Assembly: GCA_902783785.1 (NCBI GenBank)
Contig: CACZSH010000075.1
Coordinates: 7,578 to 71,577, forward strand
Length of the DNA: 64,000 nt
Direction of reading: 5' to 3'
DNA from: an uncultured bacterium
Lineage (GTDB): Bacteria; Cyanobacteriota; Vampirovibrionia; Gastranaerophilales; Gastranaerophilaceae
The translations under genes were made by a program, and so were the position numbers. Each line of letters begins with the position of its first letter. Positions within the stretch are counted from its first letter, which is position 1. The notes below the pieces were generated by a model, which worked only from the letters and a program-made list of their open reading frames with translations, was not told where the DNA came from and did not search any database. Below, piece by piece: positions 55,214-64,000 of the stretch.

Positions 55214-56524
55214 AAAGTTAAAGTAATAGGAGCTGGTTTAGCCGGTAGTGAAGCCGCACTACAACTTGCAAAAAGAGGAATTGAAGTTGATTTATATGAG
55301 ATGCGTCCTAAAAAAATGACGGGTGCTCATACAACTGAAAAGTTTGCAGAGTTTGTTTGCTCAAATAGTATGGGTTCTTATGATATTTCTAATGCAAGTG
55401 GTTTATTGAAAAAAGAAATGGAGCTTTTAGGTTCTGAGCTTATAAAAATTGCTTTTGAAGTTAAAGTTCCTGCGGGGAATGCGCTTGCTATTGATAGAGA
55501 AATGTTTTCTCAAAAGGTTACAGAAAAAATTACTCAAAATCCATTAATAAATGTAATTAGAGAAGAAGTTTCTGAAATTCCTGATGGTTGTGTCATTGTT
55601 GCATCAGGGCCTCTAACTTCCGATAATATGGCAAAAAGCATTCAATCTTTTACGCAAGAAGAGCATTTACATTTTTTTGATGCTGTTGCACCGATTGTAG
55701 AAAAGGACAGTATAAACTTTGATAAGGCTTTTTATGCTTCAAGATATGATAAAGGTGAAGCATCTTACATTAATTGTCCGATGAACAAAGAAGAATATGA
55801 AAAATTTTATGATATTTTAATCAATGCTGAGAGAATTGAATTGAAAGAATTTGAAAAGGATGCAAAATTTTTTGAAAGTTGTCTGCCTGTAGAAGTTTTG
55901 GCTTCACGTGGGGTTGATACATTGAGATTTGGCCCGATGAAACCTGTTGGTTTAATTGATAAAAGAACAAATGAAAAATCTTATGCTGTCGTGCAGTTAA
56001 GACAGGATAATTCTATAAAAACTTTATATAATATTGTAGGTTTTCAAACTAATCTAAAATGGTCATATCAAAAAGAATTGATACATTCAATTCCAGGGCT
56101 TGAAAATGCAAATATCGTACGGTACGGGGTTATGCATAGAAATACATTTTTAAACAGTCCAAAAATCTTAACTGAGCATTTAAATACTATTAGACGACCG
56201 GATTTATTTTTTGCAGGTCAAATAACGGGTGTTGAAGGTTATACCGAAAGTATGGCTTCTGGACTTGTTGCAGGAATTAATATGGCAAAATTTGTAAAAG
56301 GCGAAGAGGTTTTAACTTTACCTAAAGAAACAATTTTAGGCGCATTATTAAGTTATATAACTGATAAAAATCATAAACAACTGCAACCTGTAAATTCTAA
56401 TTGGGCGTTGATAAATCATGGTATAGAATTTCCAAAAAATATTAGAAAAGATAAAAAAGCTAAAGCTGAAATTTTATCAAAACGGAGTTTAGATGTTTTA
56501 AGCGGAGTTCTAAATAATTTATGA
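55211..56524 (+). CDS. trmFO: methylenetetrahydrofolate--tRNA-(uracil-5-)-methyltransferase TrmFO
   Basis: VKVIGAGLAGSEAA, FVCSNS, FFAGQITGVEGYTES. Start placed at ATG 55211; the track extension from 55130 overlaps wecB and its promoter. Confidence 0.92.
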   Translation: MKVKVIGAGLAGSEAALQLAKRGIEVDLYEMRPKKMTGAHTTEKFAEFVCSNSMGSYDISNASGLLKKEMELLGSELIKIAFEVKVPAGNALAIDREMFSQKVTEKITQNPLINVIREEVSEIPDGCVIVASGPLTSDNMAKSIQSFTQEEHLHFFDAVAPIVEKDSINFDKAFYASRYDKGEASYINCPMNKEEYEKFYDILINAERIELKEFEKDAKFFESCLPVEVLASRGVDTLRFGPMKPVGLIDKRTNEKSYAVVQLRQDNSIKTLYNIVGFQTNLKWSYQKELIHSIPGLENANIVRYGVMHRNTFLNSPKILTEHLNTIRRPDLFFAGQITGVEGYTESMASGLVAGINMAKFVKGEEVLTLPKETILGALLSYITDKNHKQLQPVNSNWALINHGIEFPKNIRKDKKAKAEILSKRSLDVLSGVLNNL

Positions 56525-58059
56525 GAAATAAAATTGCTTTGATAATAGGAGCAGGCCCTGCAGGACTTGCTTGTGCATATAAATTTTTAACAGAAACTGA
56601 AGATATAAAACCTATAATTCTTGAAGAGTTATCAGGAGTTGGAGGCATATCAAGAACAGTTGACTTCAATGGTTCAGGAATTGATTTGGGCGGACACAGA
56701 ATGTACTCTAAAGTACAAGAAATTCTTAATTTGTGGAATGAGTTTCTTCCTTTACAGGGTGAAAAATCAATTGATGATTTGATTTTAAACAGAGAAGTTA
56801 ATAACCTTTCTGATAATGGTTTAAATCCAAATAAAACTGATAAAGTAATGCTAAAAAAACGCAGATTTTCAAGGATTTATTATTCTCGTAAATTCTTTGA
56901 TTATCCTGTTTCTTTGAAGTTGAGTACAATTTTTAATCTTGGTATTTTTAAAACTTTTTTAGCAGGTTGCAGTTATTTAAAATCTTGTTTCATAAAAAGA
57001 GAAGAAAACAATCTTGAGGATTTTATGATAAATCGTTTTGGTAAAGTTTTGTATTCAACTTTTTTTGAAAATTATACAGAAAAAGTTTGGGGCAGACATC
57101 CAAGAGATATATCAAAAGAGTGGGGTGAACAAAGAATTAAGGGTTTGTCTCTGTCAAAAGCAATTTTAAATGCTTTAAAACTTACTAAAAACAAAGAAAC
57201 AACTCTCATTGACGAATTTTTCTATCCAAAATTCGGCTGCGGTCAATTATGGAATTTAATGGCTGATTACATAAAAGATAATGGTGGTGAAATTCATCTT
57301 AATACAAAAGTTGTTGCATTAAATAATGTCAATAAAAAAATAAATTCTATAACTGTTATTGAAAATTCTAATCAGTATGAATATTACGGAGATTATATAA
57401 TCTCTTCTATGCCTGTTAAAGATTTGATTTTAGGTTTAAAAAATTATCCTGATGAAAATATTTTAAATATTGCTAAAAATCTTCCATATCGTGATTATAT
57501 GCTTGTTGCTTTGTATTTGGATAAATTAAAATTAAAAAATAATACAAAATACAAAACGATAAATAATATTTGTCCTGATAATTGGATTTATATTCAAGAA
57601 CCTGACGTAAAAGTCGGTCGCTTACAGATTATGAATAATTGGTCGCCTTATTTGGTTAAAGATTTTGAAAATAAAGTCCTTGTATCTTTAGAATATTTTT
57701 GTGATGAAAATGATGAATATTGGAATATGTCGGATGAAGCTTTTATTGATTTTGCTATAAATGAGGCAGAAAAAATCGGAATTTTAGATAAAAAAGATGT
57801 TATATCTTCAAAAAGAGAAAAAGTTCAAAAAGCTTATCCTGCATATTTTGATGCTTTTAAAGATTTTGGTAAGATAAAGGAATTTTTAAATACGTTTGAA
57901 AACTTATATTGTATAGGCAGAAACGGTCAGCATAAATATAACAATATGGATCATTCCATGTTGAGTGGATTTGAGGCTGTAAGAATTATAAAGAATAATC
58001 TTGATAAAGATATTCTATGGAGAGTAAATACAGAAAATGCTTACCAAGAATTAAAATAA
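56521..58059 (+). CDS. NAD(P)/FAD-dependent oxidoreductase (amine-oxidase / HemY-like fold)
   Basis: IALIIGAGPAGLACAY, GGISRT, and GGHRMYSK. ATGA overlap with trmFO. Confidence 0.75.
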   Translation: MRNKIALIIGAGPAGLACAYKFLTETEDIKPIILEELSGVGGISRTVDFNGSGIDLGGHRMYSKVQEILNLWNEFLPLQGEKSIDDLILNREVNNLSDNGLNPNKTDKVMLKKRRFSRIYYSRKFFDYPVSLKLSTIFNLGIFKTFLAGCSYLKSCFIKREENNLEDFMINRFGKVLYSTFFENYTEKVWGRHPRDISKEWGEQRIKGLSLSKAILNALKLTKNKETTLIDEFFYPKFGCGQLWNLMADYIKDNGGEIHLNTKVVALNNVNKKINSITVIENSNQYEYYGDYIISSMPVKDLILGLKNYPDENILNIAKNLPYRDYMLVALYLDKLKLKNNTKYKTINNICPDNWIYIQEPDVKVGRLQIMNNWSPYLVKDFENKVLVSLEYFCDENDEYWNMSDEAFIDFAINEAEKIGILDKKDVISSKREKVQKAYPAYFDAFKDFGKIKEFLNTFENLYCIGRNGQHKYNNMDHSMLSGFEAVRIIKNNLDKDILWRVNTENAYQELK

Positions 58060-58063
58060 ATTT

Positions 58064-59635
58064 TTACGTTTCTTTTTCATCTTTTTTAGAAATTCCTTTT
58101 AATAAAAAGATGAATGGTATAACAGCAAAGCAGGCAAGTCCACAAATTCTGAATGTTTCCATAAATCCGAATAAAGTTGCTTGTTTTACTAAAGATCCAT
58201 ATATTGAATATTGAGCCATGTAATTTGCAAAATCAAAAGATGTATATTGTGATAATGCACCCCAAATAACATTTAATCTTTCAGTAAATACAGAATTTAA
58301 CGGAGTTAAATTGTCTACTAAATATGATTGGTGTATTTGTGAAAATCTTGTAATCATTGTACTGGCTAGAGAAGTTCCTATTGCTCCGCCAATATTTTTT
58401 AACAAGTTTTGTACTCCGCTGGCATTTGTCATTTGACTATTGTTTAATGTTACAACAGATAGGGCTATAACAGGTATAAATGATAAACCCATTCCAAAAC
58501 CGAAGACAAAGTTTGGAATAGCAATATTTACACTTGCAATATTTAAATTTAAAAAGCCTAGAGAAAATCCTGCTATACCAACTAAAAACAGACCTATGAT
58601 AAGTAATATCCTATTATCTACTTTGTCAGATATTAGTCCGCAAATGATTGTAGCAGTTAAACTTCCTAAACCTCTTGGCATTATTGATAATCCGCTTAAA
58701 TAAGCACTATATCCCATCATTATTTGTAAAAATTGCGGTAAAATTGCTAGTGATGCCAATAATACAGCCATCATGATAACTTGAACAAATGTTCCTATAA
58801 AATAGTTTCTATCTTTAAATATTGATATATCTATTAATGATTCTTTATTTCTTATTTGTGAAATAAAAAACAGTAATGCCGAAATACAAGAAACTGTAAA
58901 TAATTGACAAATCCATGTAGTATTAAACCAATCAACATTGTTACCTTTATCAAGTACTATTTGCAAAGATACAATCCAAGTTATAAGAAATATAAATCCC
59001 CAATAATCTAATTTAACATTTTTTTGTCTTTTTGCATATGGAGGATCTTCGAGAAAAGTTTTTGCTAAATATAAAGCAATGAAGCCGATAGGTATATTTA
59101 TAAAGAAAATCCAAGGCCAATTAAGATTGTCGGTAATCCAACCTCCGATAACAGGACCTATAATCGGTGCAATAATTACAACAAGTCCAAATACGGCCAT
59201 AGCTTGTCCACGTTTTTCTTTAGGAAATGATTCAAGCATAACGGCTTGACAAATAGGTAATATTCCGCCGCCTCCAAATCCCTGAATACCCCTTGCAATA
59301 AGCATTGCAGCTAAAGAATCTGCTATACCGCAACAAAAAGAAGCAAGTGTAAAAATTATCAAACTCAACATGAAAAAATTTTTTCTGCCCAGTAACTTAC
59401 AAAACCAATCAACTGTCGGTACTGTAATTCCGCTGGCAACAAGATAACAGGTTAAAATCCAAGTGGATTCTTCTCTACTGGCTGAAAATGTCCCTGCCAT
59501 ATGAGGTAAGGCTACATTTGCGATTGTAGAGTCTAATACAAACATAAATCCCGCTAAAATGGTAGGTATACATATTAACCAAGGACTGTTTTTAGGTTTC
59601 CATTCTATGTTTGTTGTTTCTGCTGTTTCGCTCAT
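58064..59635 (-). CDS. DHA2-family MFS efflux pump (EmrB/QacA type, 14 TM)
   Basis: LDSTIANVALPHM and GLLGRKN-like motif A. 523 aa. Directly follows the HlyD-family gene. Confidence 0.88.
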   Translation of the reverse strand: MSETAETTNIEWKPKNSPWLICIPTILAGFMFVLDSTIANVALPHMAGTFSASREESTWILTCYLVASGITVPTVDWFCKLLGRKNFFMLSLIIFTLASFCCGIADSLAAMLIARGIQGFGGGGILPICQAVMLESFPKEKRGQAMAVFGLVVIIAPIIGPVIGGWITDNLNWPWIFFINIPIGFIALYLAKTFLEDPPYAKRQKNVKLDYWGFIFLITWIVSLQIVLDKGNNVDWFNTTWICQLFTVSCISALLFFISQIRNKESLIDISIFKDRNYFIGTFVQVIMMAVLLASLAILPQFLQIMMGYSAYLSGLSIMPRGLGSLTATIICGLISDKVDNRILLIIGLFLVGIAGFSLGFLNLNIASVNIAIPNFVFGFGMGLSFIPVIALSVVTLNNSQMTNASGVQNLLKNIGGAIGTSLASTMITRFSQIHQSYLVDNLTPLNSVFTERLNVIWGALSQYTSFDFANYMAQYSIYGSLVKQATLFGFMETFRICGLACFAVIPFIFLLKGISKKDEKET

Positions 59636-59636
59636 T

Positions 59637-60620
59637 TTATTTTACTCTTACTTTTGGTATTACAGACATACCGGGAACAAGCATGTATTTTTCTTTGTCA
59701 TAATCTTCCGTAAAGACTATTTTTACTGGAATACGTTGTACAATTTTTACAAATGAACCTACCGCATTTTCCGGCGGGAATAAACTTGATTTAGCCCCTG
59801 AAGCTCTTTGTATACTGTCAATTTTACCTTTAAATTTATGATGAGGATATGTATCAACTTTTATTTCAACATTTTGTCCAGGTCTCATATATTCTAGTTG
59901 ATTTTCTTTAAAGTTAGCAACAACCCAAACTTCATTTGGTACAATGACAAATAACGGACTTCCAACTTGAACGTAAGCACCCGTTTCTACTCTTTTATTT
60001 GATACTGTTCCATCTTGAGGTGCGTAAATTTTTGTATAAGATAAGTTTAGTTGTGCTTGATCTCTAAGCGCTCTTAAAGCTTTTATATCAGAATCAGCAA
60101 CATTTGTTTGGTCTTTAGTCATTAAAGATTGCACTGCATTTTCTTGTTTTGCCTTAATGCTTTCATAATTAGTGATGGCTCTATCAAGGGTTTGTTTTGA
60201 TACAGAACCTGTTTCATAAAGGTTTGTATATCTTTCCACATCTTTTCTTGCAAGTTCTATTTCTGCATCAACTGCTGTCATATTTGCTTGTGCAATATTT
60301 TGTGCTTTTAATGCTTTTTGATAATTTGCTTCTGCTTGTTCTAATTTAATTTTATAATCTGCACTGTCAATTTCTGCTACCAAGTCTCCGGATTTTACTT
60401 TTTGATTATCTTTTATATAAACTTTTGTTATTTGTCCCGCAACTCGTGGTGCAACTTGCACGGTATGATTTTCAACATAAGCATCTTCGGTTGATTGATA
60501 GTGGCTTTCGTTTATGACTGCTATTGCTATAGCAATTAATAAAACTATTGCAATAACTATAATGATTGATTTCTTATAACTATTCTTTAATTCTTTTTTT
60601 AAATCTTTATCTTCTGTCAT
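59637..60620 (-). CDS. HlyD/EmrA-family membrane fusion protein
   Basis: N-terminal TM helix, VAPRVAGQITKVYIKDNQKVKSGDLVAEID lipoyl-like motif, coiled coil, and YTKIYAPQDGTV. Confidence 0.88.
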   Translation of the reverse strand: MTEDKDLKKELKNSYKKSIIIVIAIVLLIAIAIAVINESHYQSTEDAYVENHTVQVAPRVAGQITKVYIKDNQKVKSGDLVAEIDSADYKIKLEQAEANYQKALKAQNIAQANMTAVDAEIELARKDVERYTNLYETGSVSKQTLDRAITNYESIKAKQENAVQSLMTKDQTNVADSDIKALRALRDQAQLNLSYTKIYAPQDGTVSNKRVETGAYVQVGSPLFVIVPNEVWVVANFKENQLEYMRPGQNVEIKVDTYPHHKFKGKIDSIQRASGAKSSLFPPENAVGSFVKIVQRIPVKIVFTEDYDKEKYMLVPGMSVIPKVRVK

Positions 60621-60641
60621 TTTATTCTCCTTAGTGTATAT

Positions 60642-61121
60642 TTATATTTTTAAATCAACAATTTCTGAAATATTTTGTTTTAGTCTTTGAAGAGTATTTC
60701 TTAACTCCTGCATTTGTTCAATTGTAAACTTTTCTTCTAATTTCTTAAATTGAGGCTGAATTGCTGTAATTGTTGCCCTATAGCAGTCTAAACCTTTTTG
60801 AGTTATTGTCATTCTTTTTACAAGACGTTTTCCTTTTGTATCGTTGTATCTTTTTATCAAACCTTTTTTTTCAAGATTATCTATCAATCTTCCCGTGTTG
60901 ATTCTGTCTCTTAATATTAATTTTGCCAAATCTCGTTGACAGCATTCGGGGTTACAGTAAAGAACATCAAGAGTTCTAAATTCTTCATGTGTTACGAGAA
61001 TATTATTTTTTTTGAAAAAATCTTTTGCAAGTTCGTGAACATATTTTGAAATCTGTTCTATTTCAAAAAGAACACTATTTTGAAAGTGAATTATACTGTT
61101 TTCTTTAATAGATATTTCCAT
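60642..61121 (-). CDS. MarR-family transcriptional regulator
   Basis: Winged-helix region (EFRTLDVLYCNPECCQRDLAKLILRDRINTGRLIDNLEKKGLIKR). First gene of the efflux operon. Confidence 0.85.
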   Translation of the reverse strand: MEISIKENSIIHFQNSVLFEIEQISKYVHELAKDFFKKNNILVTHEEFRTLDVLYCNPECCQRDLAKLILRDRINTGRLIDNLEKKGLIKRYNDTKGKRLVKRMTITQKGLDCYRATITAIQPQFKKLEEKFTIEQMQELRNTLQRLKQNISEIVDLKI

Positions 61122-61134
61122 TCTTTCCCTAATC

Positions 61135-61167
61135 TGTTACAAAAAAAAACATGTTGCATTTGTAACA
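61135..61167. promoter_or_regulatory. candidate MarR operator: perfect 9-bp inverted repeat TGTTACAAA-N15-TTTGTAACA
   Basis: Arms at 61135-61143 and 61159-61167, in the 99-bp divergent region between marR and the outer membrane factor gene. Confidence 0.5.
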
Positions 61168-61220
61168 AAAATATGGTAGCATGTACATATCAGATTTGTC
61201 AAGATTTAAAGGGAAGTGAA

Positions 61221-62609
61221 ATGGATATAAAAAAAATAACGGCTATTTGCTTGTTAGCATGTTTTAATTTTGTATATGTTGTACCGGCATTTGCTATTAC
61301 AGATAATAGTAAAAAACAAAATCAAGTTTATACGCATAAAGTTAAAAAAGGTAAAAAAGAAACTGATGATTATAAATATGCTTATGTAAATATGGATTTT
61401 TGGAAACAGTTTAATGATGATAATTTAAATCATTATATTGCTTTGGCAATCAAACAGAATTATGATTTAAAAATTGCGAGTTTAACTGTTAAGCAATATT
61501 ATCAAAATATGAAATTGCAATTTGCAAAAGAATTACCAACTGCAGGAATTGGTATTGCTCCTGCTTGGTTTAATGCACCAATGGTAAAAGATAATTTTGC
61601 TGTTAATGTACCTGCTGCTTTTAATTATGAAGTTGATATTTTCTTAAAAAACAGAGATAAAACAAAGGCGATAAAAGAACTTTATAAAGCTTCACAAGAT
61701 GATGAAAGAGCTGCATATATTTCTGTAGCTTCTGCTGTTGGTTATGTATATTTTAATATAGTTAAATTAAATGAAGCTATCAAAATTCAAGAGCAAATAG
61801 TTGCTTCAAGACTTGACATTTATAATATGATGCTTGCAAGTAATAAAGAAGGTTTAGTTTCTACTTCTGATACTGTTAAAGCTAATAAATCTTATATTGC
61901 AGGTTTATCTGATTTAATTGATTTGAAAAAAAACAGAGCTAAACTTTTAGATCAATTTTGTGTTTTAATAGGTGAAAATCCTAATGAAGGTGAAAATTTA
62001 GTATTTACTCCATTAAACGATATAAACTTTAGTGGAATTATTCCTGAAGAAATTACATCTGATATTATAACCTCTCGTCCAGATTACTTAAAAGCAGAAA
62101 AAATGATTAAGAAAGCAGGAATAGATGTTAGAGTTGCTAAAAAAGAATTTTTACCAAGTATAAACTTGACAGGCATAGCGCTATTAGATGCGACACACAG
62201 TATGTTTTCTAAAGAAACGACTATTGCTGCATTAGCTGCAGGAGCTATGTTACCTGTATTTACAGGTGGGGCTAGAATTGCTAATTTAAAACTTAAAAAA
62301 GTTCAGTATGATAAAATGTTAGAAAACTATTATAAGACAAATTTAACTGCAATAAAAGAAGTAAATGATGCATTAGCTACTGTAAAATATGATAAAGATA
62401 AATTGAATGAACACATTAAACAATTTGAACTTGAATCTAAAGATTTTGGCTATACTCAAAATAAATATAATCAAGGTGTTATCTCTCGATTAGATTTAGT
62501 TCAATTACAAGAAAATCTTTTAAATGTTGAAAAATTAATTAATTTTACTCGTTCAGACTGCTATATAAGTTATATTGAATTGTACAAAGCTGTTGGTAGT
62601 AAGTTATAA
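61221..62609 (+). CDS. efflux outer membrane factor (TolC/NodT family)
   Basis: Start placed at ATG 61221, after AAGGGAAG. Signal peptide MDIKKITAICLLACFNFVYVVPAFA. Two OEP repeats. Diverges from the marR-emrAB genes. Confidence 0.85.
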   Translation: MDIKKITAICLLACFNFVYVVPAFAITDNSKKQNQVYTHKVKKGKKETDDYKYAYVNMDFWKQFNDDNLNHYIALAIKQNYDLKIASLTVKQYYQNMKLQFAKELPTAGIGIAPAWFNAPMVKDNFAVNVPAAFNYEVDIFLKNRDKTKAIKELYKASQDDERAAYISVASAVGYVYFNIVKLNEAIKIQEQIVASRLDIYNMMLASNKEGLVSTSDTVKANKSYIAGLSDLIDLKKNRAKLLDQFCVLIGENPNEGENLVFTPLNDINFSGIIPEEITSDIITSRPDYLKAEKMIKKAGIDVRVAKKEFLPSINLTGIALLDATHSMFSKETTIAALAAGAMLPVFTGGARIANLKLKKVQYDKMLENYYKTNLTAIKEVNDALATVKYDKDKLNEHIKQFELESKDFGYTQNKYNQGVISRLDLVQLQENLLNVEKLINFTRSDCYISYIELYKAVGSKL

Positions 62610-62634
62610 ACTTTGATGTACATATAAAAATAAT

Positions 62635-62672
62635 AAAAACTCTGAAAATTTAGCAAAAATCAGAGTTTTTGT
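62635..62672. terminator. bidirectional terminator between the outer membrane factor gene and the histidine kinase gene
   Basis: AAAAACTCTGA-N14-TCAGAGTTTTT. Confidence 0.7.
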
Positions 62673-62699
62673 TATTTGTTTAAAGATGTATAATTTCTG

Positions 62700-63971
62700 C
62701 TAAATATCAAGTTTTATTTTAAATTCTGTAAGAACGCCTTCTTCACTTGTAACTGTTATTTCTCCATTGTGGGCATCTATAATTTGTTTTGAAAGATATA
62801 AACCTAAGCCTGTCCCTACTTTTCTGTATCTTTTAGAAGTAGAATAATACTTATTAAATATTAAATCTATATCTTTGCTGCTAATTCCTTTTCCGTAGTC
62901 TATAACAGATATATATACGTTAGAGCCTTGTATATTTGTTTTTATATCAACATCTTTTGATGATTCCGAATATGATATTGCATTTTGAATTAGGTTTTTA
63001 ATTACGCGTTTAAATTGTAATTTATCTATATTAATATTTGTATTTTGCGATGAAATAAAATTAAGTTGTATATTTTGTCTATCTGCAACAGGTCGCATTT
63101 CTTCTACTGTTTCAGATAAAAATTCATTTAAGTCAGTTTCTTCTTTATAAAGTTCAATTTCAGTGTTATTACTTTTGTAAGTATCCAATAGCATTTGAAC
63201 AAGTTCTATAAGTTCTTTATTTGAATCTTTCATTTTTCCAAGAACTTCTTTTTGTTTATCATTAACTTCTCCAAAAGTTTCATTTATAAGAAATTCAAGC
63301 ATATTGCCTTCTGCTACAATTGGAACTTTTAAATCGTGAGTAAGAGTTGCTACAAAATCTTCTTTTAATTTTTCGAGTTCTTTTTGATTTGTTACGTTTT
63401 TTATTAATACTATGTAACGATTTATTCTATCTTCTATATTCAATCTTAGAGATGTTGCTTCAAATAAGTCAGAAGAGTATGTTTTTATGTATACGCTTGT
63501 ATTATGTAAGTTTTCAATAGGTGCATTATTGAGAGGTTCTATAAAGTCAAAAAGGTTTTGTCCTATTAACTTTTTACTGTTTTGTCCGAACCAATGTGTT
63601 ATTTTTGGGGTGGTTTTAATGATTTTGCTATTTTTGTCAACAATAATGAGTCCATCAGAAAGAGAGTTTAATACACTTTCTAAAAATCTATTTTGCTTTA
63701 CAAGTTCTTCCTGTTGAATTTTAACGTGCTCTTCTGTTTCTTTAAGTGAGTCAATAAGTTGGTTAAGGCTTTCTGCTAGTGTATCTACTGTTGAAGAATT
63801 TATTTTTCCTATTTTTTTTGATAAATTACCTGAACGAATAGATTCAACAATATTCGCTGCATCTTCTATAAAGATGTCAGTTTTTTTCCATTCTCTGTTT
63901 GTTGATCTTACTACTAAAAACAACACTACAAGTATAAATATTACAATTAGATTTAATGAATACCAAAGCAT
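62700..63971 (-). CDS. sensor histidine kinase (TM, HAMP-like, PAS-like, HisKA, HATPase_c)
   Basis: H-box EDFVATLTHDLKVPI, N-box LIQNAISYS, and G-boxes DYGKGI and GTGLGLYLS. Confidence 0.85.
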   Translation of the reverse strand: MLWYSLNLIVIFILVVLFLVVRSTNREWKKTDIFIEDAANIVESIRSGNLSKKIGKINSSTVDTLAESLNQLIDSLKETEEHVKIQQEELVKQNRFLESVLNSLSDGLIIVDKNSKIIKTTPKITHWFGQNSKKLIGQNLFDFIEPLNNAPIENLHNTSVYIKTYSSDLFEATSLRLNIEDRINRYIVLIKNVTNQKELEKLKEDFVATLTHDLKVPIVAEGNMLEFLINETFGEVNDKQKEVLGKMKDSNKELIELVQMLLDTYKSNNTEIELYKEETDLNEFLSETVEEMRPVADRQNIQLNFISSQNTNINIDKLQFKRVIKNLIQNAISYSESSKDVDIKTNIQGSNVYISVIDYGKGISSKDIDLIFNKYYSTSKRYRKVGTGLGLYLSKQIIDAHNGEITVTSEEGVLTEFKIKLDI

Positions 63972-63983
63972 ATATTTATTTTA
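63969..63983 (-). promoter_or_regulatory. leaderless-type promoter of the orphan histidine kinase: TAAAAT-N6-ATG
   Basis: Minus strand: TAAAAT 63983-63978, AAATAT, ATG 63971. No SD. Confidence 0.5.
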
Positions 63984-64000
63984 TCCAAAAAATTTTTTTG

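Noticed and set aside
1-64000. CRISPR arrays, transposases, integrases, prophage or defence-island genes, and tRNA or rRNA genes.
   Set aside because: None found. All intergenic regions are under 240 bp and are accounted for by promoters, leaders and terminators.

Overview
Strongly AT-rich bacterial chromosomal window, densely coded, with about 57 protein genes. I saw no rRNA, tRNA, CRISPR array, transposase, integrase or phage gene.

Content is mostly core metabolism and cell envelope:
- Shikimate pathway in three loci: aroC-aroK-aroB, aroA, aroQ.
- Folate genes: folK, folP, folE2, plus the folate-dependent trmFO.
- Ribosomal proteins S20 and S16.
- ftsZ, pepA, recO, and an rny-ymdB-PHP operon.
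- Two sigma factors.
- Two GH57 enzymes and an MngB-like GH38 enzyme.
- A MarR/EmrA/EmrB/outer-membrane-factor efflux locus.
- c-di-GMP and two-component signalling genes.

Type IV pilus (T4P) parts are scattered through the window: a prepilin, pilT, a second pilin-like gene, a degenerate PilB paralogue, and a compact PilP-like-pilQ-pilB-pilC operon. An isolated fliD is also present. The secretin and TolC-type proteins imply a diderm. Lineage cannot be assigned from this window; an uncultured Melainabacteria-like organism is only a guess.

Main observations:
1. Ten operon-first genes have a -10 hexamer exactly 6 nt upstream of the ATG and no Shine-Dalgarno sequence (SD). This suggests widespread leaderless mRNAs.
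2. A histidine kinase, a CheY-like regulator and a catalytically degenerate PilB paralogue form one tight operon.
3. The T4P operon is minimal. It lacks pilMNO, has an unusual PilP-like first gene and an unknown 99-aa last gene, and its PilB carries MshEN-like motifs.
4. Two genes are disrupted: an A8-tract frameshift in a TolC-like gene and an in-frame TAG in an ABC permease.
5. An orphan plus-strand hairpin with a T9 tract follows a CCTCCTCCCC tract between a sigma gene and aroA.

All functional calls come from motif recognition by eye. No searches were run.
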